Below, piece after piece: positions 48,720 to 57,943 of a stretch of DNA of 64,000 nucleotides (the first letter of the stretch is position 1; each line of letters opens with the position of its first letter). Both the position numbers and the translations under genes were made by a program. Where the stretch lies: contig CAWETW010000001.1 in NCBI GenBank assembly GCA_963812155.1, positions 288,001-352,000 of the forward strand. The letters run 5' to 3'. The notes beneath the pieces are model-generated. The model saw only the letters and a list, made by a program, of their open reading frames with translations, had not been told where the DNA came from and ran no database searches. The DNA comes from Vulcanimicrobiota bacterium (GTDB lineage: Bacteria; Vulcanimicrobiota; Vulcanimicrobiia; Vulcanimicrobiales; Vulcanimicrobiaceae).

Positions 48720-49103
48720 CTAGCGGCAGGGCGTAGCGACCGCGATATTTGCCAGGTATTCGACGCCGGCCGAAAGGTCGACGAAGTTGCCGACATCGTT
48801 CCATCCGTGGGTCGCTCGCGGCGCTACCGCCGCGGCACCGGTGACGTTATAGGCGGTCGTGGTCGCGATCAACTGATACTCGCCCGGTAACAGCGTCAGG
48901 AATGCGTAGCGGCCATGGCCGTCGGCCTGCGTTTCAGCAACCTCGGAGTCCGAAATCGCTACCACTTTTGCATTCGGTACCGGCTGCGAATGCACGTAGC
49001 ACGACACCCTCCCGACGACTCGCGTCGAGTCGCCGGAGCCCGTTTGCGTCAGACCGACGAAGAGGGTGAGTTCGGCCAACAAGATCGCCGCCAGCATACT
49101 CAT
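48720..49103 (-). CDS. Carboxypeptidase regulatory-like domain secreted protein
   Basis: PVPNAKV...ADGHGRYAFLTLLPGEY. Confidence 0.7.
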   Translation of the reverse strand: MSMLAAILLAELTLFVGLTQTGSGDSTRVVGRVSCYVHSQPVPNAKVVAISDSEVAETQADGHGRYAFLTLLPGEYQLIATTTAYNVTGAAAVAPRATHGWNDVGNFVDLSAGVEYLANIAVATPCR

Positions 49104-49150
49104 TCCAGCGCCCGGCAGTGCCCGGTCGTGACGCCGCGAAAGCCACTGCG

Positions 49151-50833
49151 ATGCAGCCACTGTGGGCGCTCCCCGTCTTGGCGCTCGCCGCGCTGACCGC
49201 CGGGCCAACCTCGACGACGCAGGGCTCTACGACCGTCGCCACCGCAGCGGCGGTGCGCGCTCGCATCAAGCACGTGTTCGTAATTTTCCAAGAGAACCAC
49301 TCGTTCGACAACTACTTCGGCACGTACCCCGGGGCGGAGAACTTATCAACCCCGCTCGCGCAGGCGCACGGTTTCCGGCAGTTCGATTCCATCGGCAACA
49401 CGTGGGTGACGCCGTTCCGCATCACCGACCCCGACGTCGAGTCGCTGTCGCAAGCGCGTCCCGTCCTTTTGCAGAAAATCAACGGCGGAAAAATGGACGG
49501 CTTCGTCTCGGCGCAGGAGACCGTCTCGCGCCAACGATTGGGTGACGACGCGGCCGCGCGAGCGATGGGTCTTCAGACGATGGCGCACTACGATTGCGAC
49601 ACGGTTCCGTTTCTTTGGAAATACGCGCACGCGTTCGTGCTCTTCGATCACATCTTTCAGGCGATCATTTCGCCTTCAACGCCGAATAATATCGCCGTGA
49701 TCGCGGCGCAATCGGGTCAGAGCCAAGCGGCGCGCGACCCGTCGACGTCGGCCACCGGTACGGGAGCGGGCGTTCCGGTGCTCGACGATCTCGATCCGGC
49801 GTTCGGTCCGTACACCGATACGAGCCAGACCTTTCAAGTCTCGCAAGCGTACGCGACGCTTCCGCTCACGCTCAACGGCACGGCGAACGCGCAGGTAACG
49901 CAGAATACGGCCGGCGTCGAACGCGATCTTGGCGCACTAATCGCGCTCGGCCATGCACCCGTGCCGTGGGGCTGGTATCAGGAGGGCTACGTGTCTTCCG
50001 ATCGCGCATTGCCCGGGTACGAAGCGCATCACAACGCACCGCAATACTTCGGCTACCTACGCAATAACGACGTGTTCTGGAACGGCGTGCACGCAGTGCA
50101 GCCATTGCTTGACGCGCTGCGCAACGGCACGCTTGCGGACTCCGGCGTCTTCTACGTCAAGGGCGCATCCCAGAACGAGTTCGGGTGGAAGCCCGCCAAC
50201 GCCGATCCATACGTCCAGTCGAATTACGTCGGCGACGACGACCACCCCGGCCCCGGAGACAGCGACCATCAGATCGGCGAATCGTTCGTGGCGACGTTCG
50301 TCAACGCGATCGCCCGAAGCAAGTATTGGAGCGATTCGGCAATTCTCATCACGTGGGACGATCCCGGCGGACAGTACGATCACGTCCCGCCGCCGCAGTT
50401 CGAGCGCTGTCCCGACGGACAGCCGTGCGGCGACGGCGGGCGGTTACCGTTTCTTCTGATCTCGCCGTTCGCGCGTAGCGGCGGCATCGTCAGCGATCCC
50501 GGTGACACCGCCTCGGTGCTCAAGTTTGCCGAGGCCGTGTTCGGGCTTCCAGCGCTGGCGTCGCTTCCCGACGAACAACCCTATCTGCCGGAGGGTCCAC
50601 GCGACGGCAATTCCGCGATTACCGATCTACTCGGCGCGTTCGATCCGGCGCGACTCGATGGATCGGCGCCGCCGATTCCGGCGACGGACGCGCAGATTCC
50701 CGACGACGTCGTCAATGCGTTCCCGCCGGCGATGAGCTGCGGTTCGCTCGGGATCACGCCGGTTGCGCTGCCGAATGCGCCCTCGACACCTCCGCCCGGA
50801 TTCATACCGCGCGTCAGACTTCCGCGCCGATAG
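49151..50833 (+). CDS. Phosphoesterase (phospholipase C / acid phosphatase family)
   Basis: IKHVFVIFQENHSFDNYFG, ITWDDPGGQYDHVPPP, RLPFLLISPF; signal peptide. Confidence 0.9.
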   Translation: MQPLWALPVLALAALTAGPTSTTQGSTTVATAAAVRARIKHVFVIFQENHSFDNYFGTYPGAENLSTPLAQAHGFRQFDSIGNTWVTPFRITDPDVESLSQARPVLLQKINGGKMDGFVSAQETVSRQRLGDDAAARAMGLQTMAHYDCDTVPFLWKYAHAFVLFDHIFQAIISPSTPNNIAVIAAQSGQSQAARDPSTSATGTGAGVPVLDDLDPAFGPYTDTSQTFQVSQAYATLPLTLNGTANAQVTQNTAGVERDLGALIALGHAPVPWGWYQEGYVSSDRALPGYEAHHNAPQYFGYLRNNDVFWNGVHAVQPLLDALRNGTLADSGVFYVKGASQNEFGWKPANADPYVQSNYVGDDDHPGPGDSDHQIGESFVATFVNAIARSKYWSDSAILITWDDPGGQYDHVPPPQFERCPDGQPCGDGGRLPFLLISPFARSGGIVSDPGDTASVLKFAEAVFGLPALASLPDEQPYLPEGPRDGNSAITDLLGAFDPARLDGSAPPIPATDAQIPDDVVNAFPPAMSCGSLGITPVALPNAPSTPPPGFIPRVRLPRR

Positions 50834-50843
50834 GAGCGCCGTT

Positions 50844-51755
50844 ATGCCGACGATCGTCGCCGCACCGCCCGTTCGCGTCCCGGTCTTCGGCGGGTTCGAC
50901 TACGTAACCATCGACGAGGCGCGCCACCGCGCGTTCGCCGCGCATACGCGGAGCAATCGTCTCCTCGTCGTGGACACGGGCTCGGGCGCGGTCGCAGGTC
51001 AGGTCGAGGTCGGACCGATGCACGGCGTCGCGGTCGATCCGCAGACCGGCAACGTCTTCACCGGAAACGGCACCGTCGACTCCCTCTCCAGCGTGGACGT
51101 CACGACGATGAAGGTGATCGCATCCGTATCGGTCCCCGGACATGTCGACGCGATTGCCTACGATCCCGGACGGCGCCACATCTACGCGGATCAAGCCGGC
51201 GGCGGAAACGTCTACGTCGTCGATGCCGCAACCATGAAAGTGGTGGCGACGATGGCGATGCCCGCAACCGTTTTGGAGTCGCCGGCGGTGGATCCCAAAA
51301 CGGGAACCTTCTACCAGAATCTCGCCAACGGCGGCGGCTTCGCTATCGTCGACCCGCAGACGCTGCGCGTGACGTCGGTCGTAAAGACGCCGGAGTTAGA
51401 AAACAATCACGCGCTCGTCTTCGCTGCCGGCGCGAATCAAGTCGCGGTCTCCGGAGTGAACGGCGTTTTATCCGCCTATACGCGCGACGGCGCATTGGCC
51501 GGCAGCGTGGCGGTACAGCCGCACATCGATCAATGCAACACCGGGTCGAAAGGCCTTCTCGTCGCCTGCGCCGGACGCGGCATCGTGACCGTCGTGGCGA
51601 TGAACGCCGGAGCAGCGCCGACGCTCGTCGGCCGCATCGACACGGGCCACACCGGCATCCACACCGTTGGCATCGACGAAGCGACGAACGATCTGTGGGT
51701 CGTGTGGTCGGATGCTACCGGAGATTGGGTACAGCGGCTCCGCCTTGCGCTATAG
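50844..51755 (+). CDS. YncE/YVTN-like beta-propeller protein
   Basis: GGFDYVTID, HGVAVDP, DAIAYDP repeats; AGGAG SD. Confidence 0.8.
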   Translation: MPTIVAAPPVRVPVFGGFDYVTIDEARHRAFAAHTRSNRLLVVDTGSGAVAGQVEVGPMHGVAVDPQTGNVFTGNGTVDSLSSVDVTTMKVIASVSVPGHVDAIAYDPGRRHIYADQAGGGNVYVVDAATMKVVATMAMPATVLESPAVDPKTGTFYQNLANGGGFAIVDPQTLRVTSVVKTPELENNHALVFAAGANQVAVSGVNGVLSAYTRDGALAGSVAVQPHIDQCNTGSKGLLVACAGRGIVTVVAMNAGAAPTLVGRIDTGHTGIHTVGIDEATNDLWVVWSDATGDWVQRLRLAL

Positions 51756-51775
51756 CGCTTCGCCCGTTCGTTCAG

Positions 51776-53689
51776 TTATGCGGAGCGGACGGCGGCGGAG
51801 CGGAGCGGAGCCACCGCGGCGATGCGCTCGGCGATGGCTGCGCCGCTGAGCCCGAACATCGCGCGCTGTTTGTCCTGCGAGTCGTGCTGCACGAGCACGT
51901 TGGGAACGCCGACACGCTCGAGGGCAAAGCGCAGGCCGCGATCGGCGACGCACTCCGCGACGGCCGAACCAAACCCGCCGGCCACCGAGTGTTCTTCGAG
52001 CGTGATCAGCCGGTCGTGTTCGCGCTGCAGATCGACCAGCAACGCTTCGTCGAGCGGCTTCGCAAAGCGTGCGTTGACGACGGTCGGGAGATCTTCATAA
52101 CCGGCGTCCCGCAGTTTTTCGTGCGCGTCGAGCGCCAAATCGACGGCCGTGCCGTACGCGAGAATTGCGACACCGCGCCCTCGCCGAAGCACTTCGGCTT
52201 TGCCCTGCACGATCGGCGCAACGGCATCGCCAATTTGGCAGCCGCTGCTCGAGCCGCGCGGATAGCGAATTGCGGCCGGCGCGTTCAGGGTCAGAGCGTG
52301 TTCCATCATCGGAAGCAGCTCGTCTTCGCAGCGCGGCGCCATGACGGTGACGTTGGGAAGCGTCCGAAGGTACGCGATATCGTAGAGACCCATGTGCGTC
52401 GGGCCATCGTCGCCCACGAATCCCGCCCGATCCATGCAAAAGACGACCGGAAGATTCTGCACGACGACGTCGTGCACGATCTGATCGTATGCCCGCTGCA
52501 AAAACGTCGAATAGATGGCGCAAACCGGGCGCAAGCCGCTGGACGCGAGCCCCGCGGCAAAACAGACGGCGTGCGCCTCCGCGATGCCCACGTCGAAGTA
52601 GCGTTCCGGAAACTGCTTTCCGAATTTCGAGAGGCCGGTTCCGTCGGGCATGGCGGCGGTGATCCCGACGACGCGGGGATCGCGTTCGGCAACGGCGATC
52701 ATCGCATCGCCGAAGACGTCTTGAAACTTCGGACGTGCGCCTTGACTGCTCTTCTTCGAGCCGTCTTTGGGCTCGAACGCATTGGCACCGACGCCATGAA
52801 AGGTGCGCGAATCGCGCTCGGCGGGTTCGTACCCTTTGCCTTTGACCGTGCGCACGTGCAGCAGCACGGGGCGGTCGAATGCGCGCGCGGTGCACAGCGC
52901 GTCGACGACCGCGTCGAAGTTGTGCCCGTCCACGGGGCCGATGTAGCGGAACCCGAGCTCCTCGAAAATGACCGCCGTTTTTTCGGTCGGCGAAATGAAG
53001 CGCATCGCCCCGAGCTCGGCCGACTCGATGGCCTTCTTCGCCGCGCTCCCCAGCGGAATGCGGTCGAGCACCATTTTTCCGGTGCGCCGCGCCAGGTTTG
53101 CGAACGGCTTGGTGCGCAGCACCGAAAGATACGACGCGATCGACCCGACGTTGGGCGCGATCGACATTTCGTTGTCGTTGAGAATGACGATGAACTGGCT
53201 TTTCAGCGCGCCGGCGTTGTTGAGCGCCTCGTAGGCGAGGCCGCCGGTAAGCGCGCCGTCGCCCAAGACCGCAACGACCGTTTCATCGCCGCCGGTGAGA
53301 TCGCGCGCGTGCGCCATTCCGAGCGCCGCCGACACCGCCGTGCTCGCGTGGCCGGCGCCGAACGGATCGTACTCCGACTCGCTGCGCATCGCAAAACCGG
53401 AAATTCCACCGCCCTTGCGGATCGTACCGAAGCGATCGCGGCGGCCGGTGAGAATTTTGTGCACGTACGTCTGGTGGCTGACGTCCCAGACGAGTTTATC
53501 GTGAGGAAGATCGAGCACGCGATGCAGCGCGAGCGTCAGTTCGACCACGCCGAGGTTCGGCGCCAGATGGCCGCCGTTACGGGCGCAGGTTTCGACCAGC
53601 ATTTCTCGGATTTCGCGGGCGAGGGTTTCGATCTCGGGGCGCTCGAGGCGCTTGACGTCGGCCGGTGAGGCGATTCGTTCGACAATCAT
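51776..53689 (-). CDS. dxs: 1-deoxy-D-xylulose-5-phosphate synthase
   Basis: GGHLAPNLGVVELT, WDVSHQTYVHK, GDGALTGG, FDVGIAEAHAV, YSTFLQRAYDQ. Confidence 0.97.
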   Translation of the reverse strand: MIVERIASPADVKRLERPEIETLAREIREMLVETCARNGGHLAPNLGVVELTLALHRVLDLPHDKLVWDVSHQTYVHKILTGRRDRFGTIRKGGGISGFAMRSESEYDPFGAGHASTAVSAALGMAHARDLTGGDETVVAVLGDGALTGGLAYEALNNAGALKSQFIVILNDNEMSIAPNVGSIASYLSVLRTKPFANLARRTGKMVLDRIPLGSAAKKAIESAELGAMRFISPTEKTAVIFEELGFRYIGPVDGHNFDAVVDALCTARAFDRPVLLHVRTVKGKGYEPAERDSRTFHGVGANAFEPKDGSKKSSQGARPKFQDVFGDAMIAVAERDPRVVGITAAMPDGTGLSKFGKQFPERYFDVGIAEAHAVCFAAGLASSGLRPVCAIYSTFLQRAYDQIVHDVVVQNLPVVFCMDRAGFVGDDGPTHMGLYDIAYLRTLPNVTVMAPRCEDELLPMMEHALTLNAPAAIRYPRGSSSGCQIGDAVAPIVQGKAEVLRRGRGVAILAYGTAVDLALDAHEKLRDAGYEDLPTVVNARFAKPLDEALLVDLQREHDRLITLEEHSVAGGFGSAVAECVADRGLRFALERVGVPNVLVQHDSQDKQRAMFGLSGAAIAERIAAVAPLRSAAVRSA

Positions 53690-53801
53690 CGTGTTGGGCC
53701 GGCGTCTTCGGCACGGCCCAGGTTATCTCCGTCTTAACCGGCCTTCATAGCTTCAGCCATTTTTCACGATCGCCCGCTACCTTGTCGGCGGAGGGAATCA
53801 C

Positions 53802-55181
53802 ATGGACGTTCGTCGCGCCTTATTGTCGGCTACGGCTTCGCTTTCGTCGCTCGTTTGGAGTGGCTGTTCGGGTTCGGGCGGAGGCGCCGGCCTTCCGACG
53901 GCTTCGGCGCGCGCGCTGGTCGCGCAAGCGGCAGGCGGCGTCAACTGGCCCGAGTTTCGATTCGACGATCACCGCACCGGCGTCAACCCTCACGAGACGC
54001 AGATTACGAAAACGAACGTGCGGTCACTGCAACTCGCGTGGGAGGACCAACTCGGAAAACTCGTCGACTACTCGTCGCCGGCCGTCGTCAACGGCACCGT
54101 CTATATCGGCTCGACCGACGGACGGCTGTGGGCCTACGATGCCAACGGCTGCAGCCAAAGCTTGTGCACCAAACCGGCCTGGTCGTCCACGACGATCGCG
54201 CAAATCATGGATTCACCGACGGTCGCCAATGGTTTCGTGTACATCGGATCGCAGACGTCGCGAACGTCCAACGACGGAAAGCTGGACGTGTTCTCCGCGG
54301 CCGGCTGCGGTCAACCGCAATGTCCGCCGCTCTGGCAAGGCTTAGCCGGACACGACGCGATCCTGCAATCCGCTCCGGCCGTTGCCGCAGGCAGCGTGTT
54401 CGTCGGCGCGTACGACGGCAAGCTCTACGCATTCTCCGCAAACGGCTGCGGCGCGTCCACGTGCGCGCCGCTGTGGACCGCAACGACGGGCGGGTCCATC
54501 GAATCGTCACCGACCGTCGCGAAAGGCGTCGCGTACGTCGGCTCCGACGACGGAAACCTCTACGCGTTTCGCGCCACCGGATGCGGAGCCCAGACGTGCG
54601 CGCCGCTGTGGAAGGGCACGCTCGGCTATTCCGTCTTCGATTCGTCGCCGGCGATCGCCAACGGCAACGTCTACATCGGATCGCAGCACGGCGTCGCGGC
54701 CTTCAAGGCCGCCGGCTGCGGACAGAGCACCTGCGCGCCGCTCTGGCAAGCGGCCAACAGCGCCGATTTCTTCAACGGCTCGCCTGCCGTGACGAAAAAG
54801 CGGGTGTACGTCGGCGTCGAGGACGGGTTGGCCGTGTACGCTGCGGCCGGGTGCGGCGCCTCGAAATGCAACCCGCTATGGACCGATTCCGGATCCGGTT
54901 TCCAAGCAGCGGTGGTCTCTTCACCGACCGTTGCCAACGGCGTCGTGTACGCCGGGCGCAACACCGGCGAACTTCTCGCATGGCTGGAAGGGCCGTGCGG
55001 CTCGTCCAACTGCACGAACATCTGGAGCGGAGCGATCAACGAAGAAGTCGTCAGTTCTTCACCGACCGTCGTCAACGGTCACATCTATATCGGCAGCGCG
55101 GACAAGTTCTTTCCGGAAGACTCAGCAGGGCGCATCTACGTGTTCGCCTTACCGCACGGGAATCGCCCGCAGCATCGCTAG
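53802..55181 (+). CDS. PQQ-like (BamB-type) beta-propeller lipoprotein with Cys-pair repeats
   Basis: Lipobox-like WSGC; repeated SSP.V.NG.VY.GS.DG.LYAF and GCG...C.PLW. Confidence 0.82.
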   Translation: MDVRRALLSATASLSSLVWSGCSGSGGGAGLPTASARALVAQAAGGVNWPEFRFDDHRTGVNPHETQITKTNVRSLQLAWEDQLGKLVDYSSPAVVNGTVYIGSTDGRLWAYDANGCSQSLCTKPAWSSTTIAQIMDSPTVANGFVYIGSQTSRTSNDGKLDVFSAAGCGQPQCPPLWQGLAGHDAILQSAPAVAAGSVFVGAYDGKLYAFSANGCGASTCAPLWTATTGGSIESSPTVAKGVAYVGSDDGNLYAFRATGCGAQTCAPLWKGTLGYSVFDSSPAIANGNVYIGSQHGVAAFKAAGCGQSTCAPLWQAANSADFFNGSPAVTKKRVYVGVEDGLAVYAAAGCGASKCNPLWTDSGSGFQAAVVSSPTVANGVVYAGRNTGELLAWLEGPCGSSNCTNIWSGAINEEVVSSSPTVVNGHIYIGSADKFFPEDSAGRIYVFALPHGNRPQHR

Positions 55182-55199
55182 CGTGCGCGGAAATCGCGC

Positions 55200-55928
55200 T
55201 TACACGTTTGCGAGCGCGACCACCTGCGCTGCGCGACGGGCGTAGCGCGGCGCATGCCGCGCCAGCCACAGCGCTTGCGGCCAGTTGCGCGGGTTGCGCA
55301 GTGCTCGCGCCGGCGCAATCCACTCCTGCGAGAGTTCGCGCTGCGGCGTATCGAGCACGACGCGCACCGCCGCAACGCGTGGAGCGTCGAGCAAACCGGT
55401 CTCCATGTCGACGCCGGCGTAGCCCAAGCGCGCCCACTCATCGCGGGCTTCGCCGTTGACGATCGACGGCGCGGTAAGCATCGGATCCATCACCGGGTCG
55501 AAACCGAGGCGCCGCGCCGCGTTGGCCAGACGTTCGACGAGATTATCATCGCACTGCAGCGTCCGTCCATCGGGGCGACGCACTTCTTTCGGTACGAGCA
55601 CGGTGCCGCTGGGCAGATCGCGGCGCAGGCCGCCGGCCAACCCGCAACTCACGACGCTCTCCCCGAACGGGCCGGCGCGCGAAGCCAAACCGACGCCCGT
55701 TTCGCACACGCGCGCACCCGGCATCACCCGGCTCACGGCCAGCGCTTCGGTAGCGGTTGCAACGGCGATGGTCGCACGCATACGGTCGAAGAGTATTCCG
55801 CCGCAGTTGGGACAACGAAAGCCGAGCGCGTCGGTACAGGCGCGGCAAAACGTGCACTCATGCGTGCATGCAAAGGCCGGCGTTTCTTCGGAAAGCGGAG
55901 CACTGCAGCGCTCGCACGCCGGTTTCAT
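55200..55928 (-). CDS. hpnG: DUF1272 zinc-finger fused to hopanoid-associated phosphorylase (HpnG-like)
   Basis: CERC...CTHECTFCRAC...CPNCGG, then SCGLAGGL...GVDMET...VRVVLD; last gene of the hpn operon. Confidence 0.7.
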   Translation of the reverse strand: MKPACERCSAPLSEETPAFACTHECTFCRACTDALGFRCPNCGGILFDRMRATIAVATATEALAVSRVMPGARVCETGVGLASRAGPFGESVVSCGLAGGLRRDLPSGTVLVPKEVRRPDGRTLQCDDNLVERLANAARRLGFDPVMDPMLTAPSIVNGEARDEWARLGYAGVDMETGLLDAPRVAAVRVVLDTPQRELSQEWIAPARALRNPRNWPQALWLARHAPRYARRAAQVVALANV

Positions 55929-56923
55929 TGCCACGTATGCTCGTTTGCGTCGCGATACCACGCGACGGCGCGCTCGATGGCGACTTGCGCCGGCGATGGG
56001 CGGAACCCCAGTTCGTCGATCGCTTTCGATGAGTCGGCATACATGCGCTCGCGCGCGAGGCGCACGCCTTCGAGCGGTGCGAAGGGCACGGCGCCGGGTT
56101 GGACGCGGCAGCGAATCTCGTCCACGTACGCGGTTGCAAGGGCGAGCGGATAGGGCGCGCGCCACGACGGCATCGGTTTGCCCGTCGCGCTCGCGAGCAG
56201 CTCCCAAATCGCGTCCATCGAAAGATTCTCTCCGCCGAGCGCGTAGCGTTCTCCCGGGCGCCCGCGCGTCAATGCCGCAACGTGGGCGGATGCAACGTCC
56301 TCGACCGCCACAAGATTCATTCCGCCGCTGCCGGGTGCTTTTGCGGTGATTCTTCCGCGAAGAAAATCGAGCACGAGTTTCCCGGTCGGGGTCGGCTTCC
56401 AATCGCCGGGACCAATCGGCGCGGTCGGCAGCAGCGCGACGACCGGCACGCGGCTGGCAAAGGCCGTGCGCTCCTGCACGATCTTCGACGCGTGATAGGC
56501 GTCGCCGTGCGGCACCTCTGCCAGCGTCGAGGAACTTGAGGTCAGCACGGCACGCTCCACGCCGGCGAGATGTGCGGCGGCGAGCAGGCTTTCCGTGCCG
56601 GTGACGTTCACGGCGTGCATCGCGCTACGATCGCGCGGTGTAAACGAATAGAGCGCCGCCGTATGGACGACGTAGCGGCATCCCTCGAGCGCTTTTGCGA
56701 AGGCTCCGGCGTTTCGCAGATCGCCCTCCACGATTTCGAGGCGTTCGTCGCGCGGAAGACTCGGTGCGCGCGGCGGAAGCGATCGGCTGCGCACGAGCGC
56801 GCGCACGCGGTAGCCCGCATTGAGGAGTTCGCGCAACACGTGCGCGCCCACGAAGCCGCTCGCGCCGGTGAGAAAAACGCGTCCTTCGACTACGGCGCTA
56901 CGCGCCTCCGCTCTGGATGACAC
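55925..56923 (-). CDS. hpnA: Hopanoid-associated NAD-dependent epimerase/dehydratase
   Basis: TGASGFVG, HTAALY, PIGPGDWKPTPTG; operon context. Confidence 0.85.
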   Translation of the reverse strand: MSSRAEARSAVVEGRVFLTGASGFVGAHVLRELLNAGYRVRALVRSRSLPPRAPSLPRDERLEIVEGDLRNAGAFAKALEGCRYVVHTAALYSFTPRDRSAMHAVNVTGTESLLAAAHLAGVERAVLTSSSSTLAEVPHGDAYHASKIVQERTAFASRVPVVALLPTAPIGPGDWKPTPTGKLVLDFLRGRITAKAPGSGGMNLVAVEDVASAHVAALTRGRPGERYALGGENLSMDAIWELLASATGKPMPSWRAPYPLALATAYVDEIRCRVQPGAVPFAPLEGVRLARERMYADSSKAIDELGFRPSPAQVAIERAVAWYRDANEHTWQ

Positions 56924-56926
56924 ATT

Positions 56927-57934
56927 CTAGTTGCCGAATGCGGCGCGCACGGACTCCTTGAACGAACCGGTGGTGCGCAGGACGGCGGTCGGCTCGTAGC
57001 CGCAGTGCGCCATGCAATTCTCACACGATTCGTGCTTCCCGCGGCCGTATTTCGACCATTCGGTTTCCTCGAGCAGCTCCTTATAGGTCTTGGCGTAGCC
57101 TTCTTTGCTCATGAGGTAACACGGGCGCTGCCATCCGAAGACCGTGTAGCACGGGATGCCCCACGGCGTGCACTCGAAATCGACTTTGCCTTCGAGGAAG
57201 TCGAGATAGAGCGGGCTGTGGTTGAGCCGCCATTTCTTGCGTTTGCCGTCGGCGAAGGCGGCTTTGAACACCTCGTTCGTACGCTTGACGCCCAAAAAGT
57301 GTTCCTGATCCGGAGCCTTTTCGTAGGCGTAGGCCGGCGAGATCTGCATCATGTCGACCTTGAGCTCGTCGTTGAGATAATCCAAGACCGCGCGCACCGA
57401 TTCGGGGCCGTCCTGATCGAAGAACGTCGTATTCGTGTAGACGCGGAAGCCGCGCTCCTTTGCGTCTTTGATGGCGTCAACGGCCTTATCGAAGACGCCG
57501 TCCCGGCAGACCGATTCGTCGTGCCGCTCGCGCATGCCGTCGAGATGAATCATCCACGCGAAGTAGGGCGTCGGCTTGAACTGCGCGATCTTCTTCTTGA
57601 GCAGCAGCGCGTTCGTGCACAGGAAGACGAACTTCTTGCGCTTGACCAGCTCCTCGACGATTTGAGGCATTTGATCGTGCACGAGCGGCTCGCCGCCCGC
57701 GATCGACACCATCGGCGCCCCGCACTCCTCGACGGCCGCGATACATTCCTCGACGCTGAGGCGACGGCGCAGGATATCGTCGGGATGCTGGATCTTGCCG
57801 CAGCCCGCACAGGCGAGGTTGCACTGCAGCAGCGGTTCGAGTTCCAGCACGAGCGGATAGCGTTTCTCACCGCGCAGCGTCTTGCCGGCGATGTACTTCG
57901 CTACCGCGATTTTCTGCTGCAGGGGCATGCTCAT
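56927..57934 (-). CDS. hpnH: Adenosyl-hopene transferase (radical SAM)
   Basis: LEPLLQCNLACAGCGKI, YAYEKAPDQEHFL, CMAHCGYE. Confidence 0.95.
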   Translation of the reverse strand: MSMPLQQKIAVAKYIAGKTLRGEKRYPLVLELEPLLQCNLACAGCGKIQHPDDILRRRLSVEECIAAVEECGAPMVSIAGGEPLVHDQMPQIVEELVKRKKFVFLCTNALLLKKKIAQFKPTPYFAWMIHLDGMRERHDESVCRDGVFDKAVDAIKDAKERGFRVYTNTTFFDQDGPESVRAVLDYLNDELKVDMMQISPAYAYEKAPDQEHFLGVKRTNEVFKAAFADGKRKKWRLNHSPLYLDFLEGKVDFECTPWGIPCYTVFGWQRPCYLMSKEGYAKTYKELLEETEWSKYGRGKHESCENCMAHCGYEPTAVLRTTGSFKESVRAAFGN

Positions 57935-57943
57935 TCTCGTCGG

